Numbered from the stretch's first letter, positions 26,398 to 41,689 are shown. The stretch is DNA of 64,000 bases from the human T2T-CHM13v2.0 reference genome, Homo sapiens (GCF_009914755.1 NC_060942.1), one strand, 5' to 3'. Notes: a model not told the origin generated them from the letters alone. A program made the numbers and translations.

Positions 26398-28755
26398 CCC
26401 TGCCTTTGAAAAATTGCAGTGCCAGGGAAGTGCTAAGTTGTATTATTATGTCAGAAACATATTTGGGACTGGTGTATAAATTGTGATAATCCCAGAGTCT
26501 TTCAAGGAACTGAAGGGAATGAATAGATCTATTTTTTAATTGGTTTGGACAGCTGTCTACACAGCTGCATCCTGGCTATTTATCTTTGCCCAGTCACATG
26601 GTCCAGGACATCTGTCTGTGCTACTTTCCACCCATGAGAAAACTAATGAGGTCATCAGATACGCACTTTAGCCAGAGCTGGAAAGGATCAGCTAACACTG
26701 GGATGACTGCTGGCCTGGCTTTTCATGACATGGTAGGCACATGTTTTGTAAAATATCTCATTATTTTTAGAGTGGCAATTCCAGAACCTGTGACACAGGA
26801 CACATCTTTTGTTTGGGGTGAGCACAACATTTGTTTCTCAGTTAATCTCAGATGCTGGCTAATGCCATGTGAAAAGCTAAATGTTGACAATAAAGCTACA
26901 GGCTCTCCCTCTACTCCTGTTACCTCTACTACTGGCCTTTCTCCCTAAGCCTTTCCTGTCCAAATCCTGTTCATTTTTAAATAACCAGTCAAAATGTAAT
27001 CTCCATTGTTAAGCCTTATTCTCTCTCGAAGTTCACATTCTCTTCCTGCAGAGTTTCCATTGAGCTTTGTTTTTATCTTGATTGGTATTTGTGTTCTCCA
27101 TGTCTACTTTTCTTATAAAAACAACTGAGATAATGCCATATTTATCTTTGTGTTTGGTATGTTACAGTACTGATGAGTAACAAGGTCTTGATCTTTGTTG
27201 AATTATTTTATATTTCTAGATGAGTTATGGGGAATCCACTAAAATTATTAAGGAGGTCTTTTTGTGAATATCCTGAATAAAAAGATAATTAGTGTTAGAG
27301 TATCCTTGGGCAGAAGTACACTAAATATTACTGTCTACAAAATAATTGTATAATTATTGTAAACCTAACAAGTGAATATAATCCTACTTTATTAACAACA
27401 GGGATAAATTGCAGACTTAGACCAGGAAATAGGCTGAAAAGGCAAAACTCCAAAGAATATTAATGCAGAATTACATATTCCTGGAGACAAGTTGCAATCC
27501 AAGCAGTGTTGCAAGGGCAAGATGTTATTGAAAGGTTTCCTGTAGGTGTGTTTCTCTATTCATTTGTGAGTTTATTTGGAAAAAAACTATTCTAATGGAT
27601 CTTTTGGATCTGCACTGGTTCTCTGGAATGGAGTTGGTCTAGAAAATGAGAGACTAATATGCGTTTCATAATTCTATAAAAAGCTGTCATCACTGTAGCA
27701 GGGTGACAGGTCAGTGGACTCAGCTGTAGCATAACCTTGGAGTGGGCTAAAGAAAGTATAGTGAAGTAAGGGAGATTTACCACCTTACTGGAACTAAAAG
27801 AGGTTTGAGGACCTATATTCAGAGTGGAGGAAGAGATGGTCAAACATACTTCCATCTATCAAGGATAAATTACTCCCCCATCCCAACCTCTCATACATGC
27901 ATAAAATATCAAATTATGTGGTGTTGAGCAGGAAGATAAGCAAGGAAAAGTCCAGGAGGAAACCTTTGGTAGGGAAAACCATGGCGAATAGACTTGGGAA
28001 CTATATACACAGATGCCCAATTGGTTTCTTTTTCTTGCATTGTATTTCCCTTATTCCACCCTCAAAGCTTTAGAAAGTATTGCTAAAATTTCAGTCTTAT
28101 GTTTGCTGTTTTGGGTAAAATAAAAAGTGGAGTATGTGGTTAAGTTTTCAGTCTGTTGTTTCCTGATCTGAGTAGATTAAAGGGAGGAGCTTAGAGTGAG
28201 GGGACAGGGGAGAGTCACAGCAATGTGGAGAAGGAAGGCAAGAGTGAGCCAACAAGGGAGGCCAAGCAGAGACACCAGAGACAGATAACCACACAAAAAC
28301 TCTGTTATTTAGTAGGAGTTCTATCCTGCGGTAACTGGACATACAGTGGCGGGCAATGATAGTGACTGGATGTTAAAGGTAGAATAATCTGAAGGCTGGA
28401 GATGAACTCTGGGAACACTGAGTTCATTCACTTCTTTTCTCTTAAATAGCCAGGTCATAAGTAGGAAACATAAGACTAGCCAAGAAGGAACTAATATAAC
28501 AGTATGAATTGTTGACTTCAAGAGGGCAGGTGACATCATAGTGTGTGTTACTTTGAGAATGACATGGAAATAGACTGGAGTATGGAGAAAAGGGGAAAAT
28601 GGGAAATATCTTTCTTTCTGGTGGGTCAAGGATAGCATTGGGTGATCTGCATGTCCGTGAAAATGTTTCAGCCCTTTTTGTCACTACAACATGATGTGGG
28701 AAAACAAATAAACCAAAAAGCAATTTAAAAAACATCAAATATTTAGTCATATATG

Positions 28756-29020
28756 AGAAGATCATTTGTTTCTTTACTGCCTTGCTTTGAAGGATTTTAT
28801 ATTTTATTGTTTTAACTAAAGCAGCAGGATTCACTCAATTAGGTAGGAAATCTCTAATCACAGACTTCCTCCTGACTCCTATGGAAGCTAATAAGAAGAT
28901 CATTTACTCCTTTATTGTCCTGTTTTTGGGGATTACATTTTTTATTGTTTGACCTAAAGCAGTTGGATTGGCTCAAATGGAAAATCTCCAACCACAGCCT
29001 TCTTCCTGGCTCCTATAGCT
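28756..29020 (+). repeat. Diverged two-unit tandem duplication, period about 138 bp
   Basis: Both units read agaagatcattt...ttttattgttt-a-ctaaagcag...aaatctc-aa-cacag-cttc-tcctg-ctcctat. Confidence 0.88.
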
Positions 29021-29639
29021 CATGTGTGACCTTTGCTGTTGCATTGTGGAGCTTCCAGCACAGGCCTTGGCTGGGGCTTGTGGGCACAGATGCTGTCCCC
29101 TGAAAGGGCTTAGAAACATAAAATGAAGGTGGGCCAAAATAAGAGGCTCCTGGCTCGGCACATATGATGAGCCGGATGGAGGTGGAAAATTAGACATAAT
29201 TGCCTCCATGTCATCCAAACTAAATGCCATTTAAAAAACTGCATATGGATTTTGTTTCCCTTTTGATTGTTACGGTTTTTAGAGACATCTGTGAGCACTT
29301 GTGGATATGGAAAGCAGGATGCCAAGGGTATAGTTTTGTAAAGGTTTTATCTTTCAGAAGAGAAAGCACTGAGTTTGGAGTCTGGATTACCAAGGGCTTA
29401 AATGTTGGGTTAGAGTGCCATTTCTACTTAGGAAGTGTGTTACTGTTGGCCAATTGCCATAATTCTGAACTGCAGATTCCACACATGTAACATAAAATAG
29501 TAGTACATTTTATGAAACCAACCAGCCCTATTGCTCATGTTCTCATTATTAAAATACTTCAAGACCATCAGACACCTCCCTGCCTGCAGGACAAGGTCTG
29601 ATGTCCAACACTGATTAAAGGGAACTCTCTGGTCCTCCA

Positions 29640-30020
29640 TATCTCTCTCTAATCATATTTCTCATACTTCCACTCTGACCCTTCACAATGCTTCCTTCTC
29701 TCCAGCCATCCTTGCTACTTGCATCTGACACTATTGTGCCAACCTGTCTCCTGTCTCCTTGCTTTTGTTTTCAGTGCTCTCTGTGTCTAAAATGGTACTT
29801 TGCTTCCCTAGTGAATTAACCAACTGAGTTATCCCAGGTCCTTTTTGGAGCTTCAAATCTTAATTATTTTATGTAATTAGCCTCCCACCATTAAAAGAAA
29901 TTCCAAATACAATTAAGCACCTCTCTTTTGAGTTCGTTGTAACTTAAAAGTTTTTACGTTCCTAGCATGTAACATAGAACTTAATATACATAAAATGCTT
30001 AATGCTTTTGTTGAATGGAT
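29640..30020 (+). mobile_element. L2 3' relic
   Basis: Pyrimidine-rich L2 motifs ending in the L2 tail tgcttaatgcttttgttgaatggatg. Confidence 0.55.
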
Positions 30021-30191
30021 GGGCCAGTGAATGGGAAATTAGAAGTCATGAGATTGTATATTCATGATGTGGAAAGAAGCTATACTGACCACCAGTTTAT
30101 GTACCACCCTCACGCCCCAGCCTTCCACACTCGCTATAGTATTTCCATCAAGATTAGAGGTCCAGCACCATCAGGAATGCTCAGAGAAAAT
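30002..30191 (+). repeat. 190-bp direct repeat, copy 1
   Basis: Aligns without gaps to 30768-30957, about 30 mismatches by hand count. Confidence 0.95.
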
Positions 30192-30265
30192 GTGAGGCTT
30201 GAGTCAGGCTTTGAAGGGTGGTATAGGTACAGGGGAGATTTGAGGGAGAACTAGCCAGTGATGAC

Positions 30266-30332
30266 AGCATGAGTTCAGGTAAAAAGTCACATAATTACCA
30301 GTCTGGTTTTGCTCTAAGGCAAAATTTTGTTT
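30266..30332 (+). repeat. 67-bp sequence, copy 2 (identical to 26331-26397)
   Basis: Base-for-base match. Confidence 0.97.
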
Positions 30333-30767
30333 TACTGACCGACAGCTTTAGCTACTTGGACGTGCCCATCAGAGTTCTGGCCTTGGATAAGGGGTGCAGA
30401 GTCTATCACTCACAAAACCCTATGTCACTCAAGCTCTTACCTTTTTCAAACAACCTCCATCTACTCTTCTCCATTGTGGGGAGGATCACTTCTGTTCCGA
30501 GCTAACTTCTCCAACACCTGCTTCTACAATCCCAGCTCACTGGTTTAAACTTTAAGGTACATAAAAGTATTTTCCTCTGCATGGGCTATGAACATAACAA
30601 AATTTTTCTCTCCTTTAATGGTGGGAGACTACAAGTCTGGCCAGAGGTAAGCACAACAATAGTAGGGGTGAGAACTAAATAATGTCTGCTACCTATGTAT
30701 TTTCCCCTTGTCAGTGTATACATATGCATCCATGTCCTGCTCACTTTAGGGTTATGTGTTGCCTTCT

Positions 30768-30957
30768 ATGCTTTTGCTGAATGGATGGGCCAATTAATGG
30801 GGAATGAGAAGTCATGGGGTCATATATTCATGATGTGGAAAGAAGCCATACTGATCACCAGTTTAAACACCACCCTTGGGTGCCAGCTTTCAACAGTCGC
30901 TACAGCATTTCCATGAAGATTAGAGGGCTAGCACCATCAAGAATGCTAATAGAAAAT
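30768..30957 (+). repeat. 190-bp direct repeat, copy 2
   Basis: See copy 1. Offset 766 bp. Confidence 0.95.
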
Positions 30958-33900
30958 ACTTCAAGGCCCTAGAAGGCATTGAAGAATTTGTTTCTAATTT
31001 AGAATTTAAAGGTCTGAATATTGTCCTTCCAAGGAAGGAAAGAAGGTTGGAGAGGAATAAGTGATAGAGAAAATGAATTTTTCATAAGAACAAAACAGAA
31101 ATTGCAAATGCAATGTTCTTGTTACCTTTACACAAAGTTCAAATATATCTTTTTGAAATATAAATTGAAATGTTGCAAAACTCCTGGTGCATTTTTTTGG
31201 AACTCTAGATTTTAGATATTAAAACTTAAAATCCAGTTATTTATACCATCCCACCAAAGTGAACTCAGCACTTCAGAAACAGACCAATGACAGTGTAAAG
31301 CCCTTTCTGCCAGTTGACAATTCCATTTTCTAGGATTTGAAGCAAGTCTTCGTAAAAACTAAGACTATATTTCCACAAAGCCAAAAAAAAAAAAAAAGAA
31401 AAAAAAAAACTAGTCAAGGTAATTTCCAAAGAAGTCACTTAAGATATTTACCTAATGAATTAAAAAGGCAAATTTTGATGGATATATTTGAACCCCTCTA
31501 TCAGCCATTTGTGTGTTATATGGACACATCCTTAGGAATTGCTATGCGTGTGAGTTAAAAATTATGCCTGTAGCACCAAATTATCAGATCAATATAACAG
31601 TGTTAGGATTCCTGACCTAAAAATGTAGCCAAACCAGAGAAACAAATGATGCATGAAGCTCAGTGAATTCTCCAAAGATCTGAAGTATTTGGAAGTATGA
31701 CCTTGTGTGACCCAAGTCATACTGAATATCTCCTGAGGCAATGTACACTTCTTAGTTTTATTTCTGATATTTAGAAAAGAAGAACACAAATCCGTCTCTT
31801 CAAATGCAAAATTCAGTCATCTAAATAAGACAGACACTTCCATTACCAAAGTTTACTGTTCTGTTTAGTATGTTCAATGAAAAAATCTTGACTATATTTC
31901 AAATCACACTTGCTCTTACAGAAGTAAAGACTGACATGCTTCCATTCAGACTTGGGTTTGTTTTCACATGGTGAGAATACTTTGTTTTCCTTTTAAAAAA
32001 ATAAAATGAAAAAAAAAAAAAAACAAACACGTGAGCTCCAATGAATGCACACAGCAATTTATTTTGGTTAGGTTCATTTGCTTGTCATTCTTTTTCCTTA
32101 AAATGAATGATGCCAGGGATTCAGACAACATATTTCAAGCTGTAACCAGGTTTTGCTATGTGCCTTTCGGTGGCCTAACATAGGCTATGTGCATACTTCA
32201 GTTTTAAGTAACTTGTTTCAGAGATGGAGTGCCAGCTCGAATATCATATGTTTCATAGCTATCTATTAGCCTGCTGTTGGTAGGTAACACAGATATTTTT
32301 GATTTTCTTGAAGAGTAAAAACTGGCTTTGTGCAAATACTAAAATCTAAGGCTACAAGCGTGTTTCACTGATCTTTTATTAGTAAAGCAGTTAGGTGTCA
32401 GAGGTCCCCAGTCATCCTCTGAGAGGGAATTAATTTAGAGGGGAAGAGGTCATTTTATAATTCTCTAAAGCTGAGTATTCCATAAAGAATGCGAATTGCT
32501 TTAAAGAGCTGATTGGAAATCTTCATGTCAGGGGTTTAAAAAAACTTAAAAACTAGAGTTTGGTAAGAGAAACTCTATGCCTGGTGAAATGTCGTCCTAT
32601 TCATCTCAGCTACCACTAGGAGCCAGAGCTCTTATCTCTGAGTGGCTTCTGTGTTCTGTGTTCTTTTTTTTTTTTTTTTTTGTTTCCTTACTACTGTGTT
32701 TTAAAGTCTTAACATTGAATCTGATTGCCCAATAAAGCTCTGTGGGCTATCTGAGTTTTACTTCTGTGTTTAGTGGAAAAAGTACCAGGCTTGGAATCAG
32801 GACTGCAAAGCCATGTTTGACAGTTGTGTGATCTTGAGATATTGCTCAATTTTTAAAAATAGAGATGTCATAAGATTCAAATAAGCTAAAGCATATAAAA
32901 ATGCAGCCTACAAAAGGGTAGAAAATATTTAACATCAATAATTTAGATCGCAACACCCCATGACAGAAAATGGGTAAAGTCCAACAAGGTGACACAGAAA
33001 GGAGGCATAGTCGGTGACTTCAGCAACGTGGGATGTGCTTTTTCAGGCAACCTTCAACTAAAAAGTTGCTCTTTCAATGCCAAAAGTCAAAGTTGTGAAA
33101 GTGCTTTTCAAAATATAGTCCACATCTAGTAGTATCTGGACTGGGTAGGATGGCTATCCTAAATGGATGTCAGCAGTACAACTATTTCTATCTACAGGAG
33201 TCACTTGTTATAAAAGGACATTTAACACCATACAGCTCCAAAAAAATGTACAATGAGGTTAGAATAAACATGAATGATTTCATTGAGTCATGAGCCAATG
33301 GTGTTAATCTACCCCCTAACCCTTCCCTAAAATAAATACCTGCTTTTATTAAGAAGAAATGTATTATGAATACTGAAGCATTGAAAATATGATTGAAGTT
33401 TTTCTTTCTTTTTTTAAATGATTCTTTTCAGCCAACAATCTTGTCATCTTTGCATTTCTTACATTGATTTGGCTTTTCTGGGAGAGGAGGTGTGCATTTG
33501 CTTCAGTGTAGGTGGAGCAATTTGCAGGTAGGGCTCCTCAAGATGGTTCATCACTTGGGCTACAGTGGGGCTGTTCCCTGTCTACCTTTGGGGTTTACCT
33601 GTACAACTGGGCAGCATCTCAGTGGTGATGGTATGTATTCTGTCATTTACTCAGAAATAAGTCTAAGAATGCTAAATTTCAGAGCTCAATACTGTAAGGA
33701 TGAGGCTCAGCTGCATCAGACAACAAAAGACTGCTTTTGTGCCGGAGTGGAGCCAGGGAGTGGCCATTTTATGGTCAGGCTGCTCCAGTTGTCTTAACCA
33801 CTGAATTGTGGCCAACTTGCAAATATAAGATGAATTGCTAGGAGCCTGATTTGCAAATAGTCAATTCAGTCAGCCATACAGACACAGGCGGTGTAAAATG

Positions 33901-34039
33901 GAGGTCAGTTATACACTCAGCTGGCAAGCGATGAAGGGTTTTGCAACTTGAGGTATTTATATGAAATGAGTCCCATGCTGAAGAAAAGAAGAAAATTGCT
34001 TCTTAGGAGAACTGAAATCTGGAATTTATTCTGAAAAGA

Positions 34040-34185
34040 GGCTTGGAGAATATCTGGTCTAATCCCTTTCTGTTATATAAGTAAATTGAGGCAAAAGGAA
34101 ATTCATAAATTGGCCAATATTACTAGAGTTAAGGAGAGAGCCAGGATTAAAATTCAGGATTCCAACCTCCAATTTAGTGCTTTTT
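34040..34185 (-). mobile_element. MIR relic
   Basis: aagtaaattgaggcaaa...agagccaggattaaaattcagg. Confidence 0.6.
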
Positions 34186-35470
34186 ACCGTACCCAGGGGA
34201 AATGTGTTCCGTATTTGCTTTCAAAATGCCTTTTCAAAAAGTTGCAACAGAGGGTGTCTTATATTTTACCCTACTCTAAAGCTGGTGTGAATTGATGAAT
34301 GGGTACATAAAAGGAGGGAGGATATCAGACTTATTATGATATCCTTTGGATAGAAGAAGGGCAGAAGAGGGACATGAGGAAGAGTGCCCTCCTCTTTATG
34401 GTGGGGATGTTTAGTTTTTATTTTATAGTTTAGAATTAGACACTGTTGTACTTCTCTTTCCGCAATTATATACGTAGAGGTTTTCTTAAAAATAGTCGCA
34501 CCCATGCTTCAAAAGTATGGATGCAACTATTTTTAATATGAGAAAAACAAGGCTTCAAAAGTATCAGGAATGTTATGCTGTTTTTATGTTAATTAAAAGC
34601 CACCTAAATGATATTTAAGTGCTAATGATATTTCTGAACAGTGGACTTCATGATATCCTGTAGGTAGAATTGGGAAGTAGCTGGTTCTGCTGTTTCACCA
34701 GGACTAATTAGAAGAAGGAGCATTCTTGTCTATTACAAATCATAGTCCACGGCCTCATAATGCATTTGAAAAGAAAAATTGCTTCTGCCTTTGTACATTT
34801 ATTCCCATAATATTCAACTTGCCTAATCAGCAAATAAGAAATATAAACAAAATGAAGCAAACAAACAAAAGAAGTAAAAGGTACATACTATTGTCCATGT
34901 ACCTTTCTTTGCTTATTATATAACATATACAAACTTCCTTAAATTTTTTAATTGAAAAAATGTGTGAAACATGAAAATATTTGAAATTGCATTTATTTTT
35001 ATTTACTTTTAGTTTTGCCAAATCATTGGGTGGAACAGATATGTTTTCAACTTCTAACAGCCTATGACTTTTATAAAGCTAATTCCTCAACTATATTTAT
35101 GTTTTTCACTTGCCTAAGAACCTTGATTAAACATTTGCTAAGGAATCAGAAAAAATTGATGAATATCTGTAAGAAGAAAGTTCATACTGTCACCTAATAA
35201 CTACTACTCTTAACTGGGGGTTTTAAGAAGGAAAAACAAACAGAACAAAACAAAGATCAAGAATATCTTTTATAGTTGTGCTGCCGAAACTGCATTTATC
35301 GTGCCAGGATCCTATCAGTGATAACGTCTTACTGAATAAACAGGTAGTTTACCTGATTTCCATCTCCACAGCACCTAATAGATATTGTGGGAACACAGAT
35401 AAACCTCATTTTATGTTCTGCTTTGTCACAAGAAAATTAGATTGTGTTCTTCTAAGGGGCATGAGGAGAT

Positions 35471-35472
<2 letters not shown>

Positions 35473-35522
<50 letters not shown>
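35473..35522. repeat. (AT)25 microsatellite
   Basis: Direct read. Pure repeat. Confidence 0.95.
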
Positions 35523-35525
<3 letters not shown>

Positions 35526-37005
35526 TTGTAATCATCCATAAAAATTACTTTAAGTTGAGCCACTATAAACTTTTTGGGCACATGCGAAATCTGGATGACA
35601 TGTTTTGGCTCATTTCACAGTGACTTGAAAAAAAAAAAACTTTATACTTTTGAGTGATTTGCCACCGGACCTTTAGAAATAAGACAAATTTGTGGATTTT
35701 CTTCCTCAGAAGCATATTGCAAAAGAGAAGTATTGATTTTATTTCATTCAGGCAAAATTGGTTATTTATTTTTACTTATGACCATTATAAAATAGAGCTG
35801 AGCTGCCTTGTTATGATCAAGTAAGAATGATCTATATTGTTTTTCTGGATATTGAGTACAATCCAAACCATATTGAGGTCAGCAGTGTTAGACAATTTCC
35901 CAGCATTGAGAGGTGGCGATAGGATGAACGTAGCTTGTGGACAGCATGTCTGAGTCAGAGCAATAAACTCTGGCCGTGCATGCACCTCTATTAGGAGCAC
36001 AAAAGAATCAGAAGCCTCATTTCAGACATGATAATGATGTAGACTTAGATGGCCATAATAAACTTGTAATTATTTTTCAGTCAATTGGTCTATTTGATGA
36101 TTCCTGGAATGAAACACTCTAATGGCTGCACATTTAGCAGACACACGCATACAGGCACAACTAAATAAAGCAGCACGTTAGTGCCAAATGCCTTCGCCTT
36201 TCGATATCCCAAAGGACAACGCATCTAAAACTACATAAAATTAAGTTGCATACATATTCGTCAAACATTTATAGAATATCTGATTTTATAATTCAATATG
36301 CTAATATTTAGGATGGTGAAACTGAGGCCTATTATTATGTCTATTATTTTTTCCTAAGTTCTCAATCAGTACTTAAGCCACTAGGCAGCACTGGTTTGTT
36401 CGTGGTTCTATTAGAAATATTGTAGGAAATGACTTAGGGCATCTTTATCAACAGTGCTTCCTCAATCGGGTTCGGTATTACTCTACCTTGTTCTCTCACT
36501 TCAGGGCTCAGCCTGAATTATACCCCTCAGAAGGAACTGCACTGCTAATCTTGTCATCCTTCTCTCTTTTACTCTCTATTGTGGCACTCTGCCTATTTTT
36601 CTCCCAGCATTTAGAAAAAAATAATTCTAATTATGTTGCTTATATATTCATCTGCAAGTTTATTTTAATCTTCTCATCGTTATGAACGCTACCCGAGGCA
36701 GGGTCCTCATCTGTGTTGTTCATCACTCTCTTGTTAGAACACGAACAGTGCCAGGGGCAATGTTTTGGCTCCATTCATATTTAATAGTTGCATAAAAACG
36801 AGGGAGAATGGGGAGAAAAACATTAATAATGTTTAAAGTTCACAGGTGAAGGAGTCGAGGATGTTAATCGATATAATAGTAAGTAGAATATTCGTGCACG
36901 CTGTAGAGACATTAAGAAATGCTTTGAGGGGGTCAATGGGTGGTAGATTGAAGAGAGATTTAGAATGTTTGGAATAAATCAGAAAAGTTTGATAAAAGGT
37001 GGTTT

Positions 37006-37816
<811 letters not shown>

Positions 37817-38169
37817 AGATTACTCTTTAATCCCAGTACCCACAGAAATAAGTTCTTCTTGACATTTAACATTATTTTCTTTTCATAAATGGACTTCTGA
37901 TCAATGAAGACAGTGAAGGAGAATATTAGAGCTGACACTAAAAGCCCTTTGTCATATTTGAAATAAACAGTTTATTTCTAAATTACAAGTCATATTTAAT
38001 TTAGCATTATATCCTTAGCTCTAAATATAATAGAAGTTAGTGTGATAAAGAAAAAGTATTAGGGAAAGCCCATATCTACTTCCCTTCCACATATTTGCAT
38101 AAATTTCTCTTCAGAAGGTTCAGGAACAGCAGAGATGGCATTATCCACTTTGGTCACCTCATCCTCATG

Positions 38170-38350
38170 TCCAGTCTCAGGGAATGTGGTGAGTGACAGT
38201 CCAGAGTTTCAGAGTGAAGCCGCAGGCTTGGCACCCAGCTCTGTCTCTAACAAGCTATGGGACTCACAAGTCCTTTCTCTTTCCTGGTTCTCAACTTATC
38301 CATAAAATGTGTGTTAGCTTATGCTCAAGGCCCCTTCCAGCTCTAACTTC
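38170..38350 (+). mobile_element. MIR relic
   Basis: cccagctctgtctctaacaagctatgggact...aaggccccttccagctctaa. Confidence 0.55.
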
Positions 38351-39116
38351 CTAGGCCCCAATTTAAGCTCTCTAAGAACTTGTATTCTTTCCATTTTTGT
38401 TAGCCTTGTGTTGTTTTCAAGGAACTATAACTAACATTCATCCGTTTCTCCAAATCACATGGTAGGTGGATTTAATTTCTCAAGGAGTTAGAGAAAGAAA
38501 TCATAACTTTCTGGGAGACATTGAGGAGTCTCTGAAGAAAGAAGATATACCACATATATTTATCAGAGCTGACATTTTCATCTGATTATGAACTGGACAC
38601 ATTTTCAAGTGATCTTTCTGTTTTTATGATTTTGTTCAGAGAGTCAAACCAATGTCAGGATAAATGTTGAATTTAGTAACATTTCCCTTACTTACTATAT
38701 TATTTAAGTTTACAAATCTGGGTGTGGCAAAAGAAGTGTTAACCCACAAATCATACAGCCTTCCAGTCTTATCTGCAGAGGATACGATCCAAGACCCTCA
38801 GTGGATGCTTGAAACCATGGATAATAGTGAACCCTGTATACGTTATTTTTTTTCTATCCATACATACCTTTGATAAAGTTTAATTTATAAATTAGGCACA
38901 GAAAAAATATTGACAAAAATAATGGATAATAACATGGAACAATCATAACAATATGCTGTAATTAAAGTGATATAAATGGGGTCTTTCTCTCCCTCTCTCA
39001 AAATATCTTCTCATACTGTAGTCGCCCTTATTCTTGCGATAATATGAGATGATAAAATGCCTACATGATCAAGGAGGTGAATTACGTAGGCTTTGTGACA
39101 TAGTGTTAGGCTACTA

Positions 39117-39461
39117 CAGATGGTCGCCAAACATATGATAATATGCTTTATGATTGTTTGACTTTAACATAGTGCAAAAGCTATACCATTCAGTAGAAAG
39201 CAGTATAAAACTCCATAATACAGAACAGCAGCAGTGAGACACAGGTCCTAGTCAACCATGCCATCATGAGGCAACCAAAACTCTACAGAGTGCTGTGTTG
39301 TCAGATGGTTTTGTAGTCTTATGCAAATGTTCTGAGCATGTTTAAGGTAGTCTAGGCTAAGCCAGTAAGTTAGACCTGTTAATCCATTTTCAACTCATGA
39401 TACTTTCAATTGGCAATGGGTTTATTCAGAAGTAAACCTATCTTAGGTTGAGAAGCATTTA
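39117..39461 (-). mobile_element. MER47/Tigger5 non-autonomous element nested in Tigger7
   Basis: TA-flanked. Starts cagatggtc and contains gttctgagcatgtttaaggtagtctaggctaagc. Confidence 0.8.
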
Positions 39462-39893
39462 TAGTGACCTTCTGATGATATGTCAGGAGAATTGTCTGCT
39501 TTAGGTGATCCTGGATCATCAGGCCATAGCTATGTAGATAATTGGATGTCAGGAGCAGACAGTGTTTATGGTTGGGGATCCATGGTAGTTGAAAGCTTTT
39601 TGCCAAAACCTTTTGGAAGAACACTGTAACTGAGCATTGTTCTCTCTTTTTAACTTGTCAAAGTGCTGCTTCATAAATTGCAATCATTTGGTGATCATAC
39701 AGTTGACTTTATTGCTGTGTGCCATTGGAAGATTGTATTCCAAAATTTTGTCCTTTAATGTCAGTGCAATTTGAACCACTTTGGCAAAATTTTTGTAATG
39801 TTCACTTTACTGGTTCTCCCTCAGTCTTTCTTCTTTATCTTCCTCTTCCTTTGCAGATGACTCCACAAGTTCTCCTTATTACTTATTTGTTAA

Positions 39894-40240
<347 letters not shown>

Positions 40241-41374
40241 CTCCTCAGACATTTTGACAAATCCTTCTCTACCAACTTGTCTTGCTGCATGAATGCCTTT
40301 TCTAACTTCTTCCTTGATTCCTGGGAAGCCTTTAAAGTTATTCACAACTTTGTAAGTTCTTCCAGCAGGCACTCACAATTTCTGGTTTTATTTTATCCAT
40401 TGTCACTTTAATGAATCATATTGCATCAGCAACAGTGAATGATTTCCAGCACTACCTTATGCCAGATCAGAATCTGCACCAATTGCTGATCAAATCCAGT
40501 CAAATAGATAGGGTGGGGGTGGGGAGAGGGCATAAGTGGCCTTGAGAAATTGAATGTTGCCCTGGTGAAGGAGCTAAAGTAATGTGATTGTATTTAAAGA
40601 TAAAAATACAACCTTGACATTTTTATTTTCATAGCAAACAGATTGAAGATGGCCAGGTGCATTGTCTATTATTAATAGGACTTTAAATTCCAATTTTTCC
40701 CCCTTCCAAGTATTTTATTTTTAACTTCTGAGATGAAACATTGGTGGAACATAAACAAGATGGCTTTTACCCACGTTTTCTGATTATACTGCGAGGACAC
40801 AAGGCAGATAATTTTTGTTTTTGTTTTTGAGGGCTTGTGGGTTCTTTGTTCTGTACACTACTCCAGGCTTTATTATATCTTCATAGTGTTGCCACATAAT
40901 ACCAGAGTTAGTTGGGGCGTTCCATAGTTTATGCACTGGTGCCTCGTTTGCACTTTTATTTTTTCTTTTTAAACAACTATAGGTTCTATTGGATATCGCC
41001 TTCCACAACAGCCTGGTTTAAGCACAGGTGAAGACATACTTTGTATGGTATTCTTTCTCCTTAATCAAATTCTTCAATTCTGCCAGAAATGTGGCAGCAG
41101 CTTCTCATTGGCAGATGCAATCTCTCCATTAATTTTTATATTTTTCTGTCCAAAGTTATTCTTGAATATGTGTAACCATCCCTTATTTGCAGTAAATGGT
41201 TTGGTGTCACTCAGTTCAGGGAATCCCTTCCTGAAGTCATTGTATAGGCACAATGCATCCTGATGCAACACAACGCCATCAATCAGAACACATTTTTCTA
41301 TTCACGTTTTTCATCCGCAAATGTAATGCCTTTTCCATCTTCACTAAGCGCCTATCAGACACTGTGGCTGTAAC

Positions 41375-41689
<315 letters not shown>

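Noticed and set aside
27230-28450. Purine-rich stretch possibly from an ancient Gypsy-like or other LTR element
   Set aside because: I could not identify termini, a TSD or a diagnostic motif without an HMM search.
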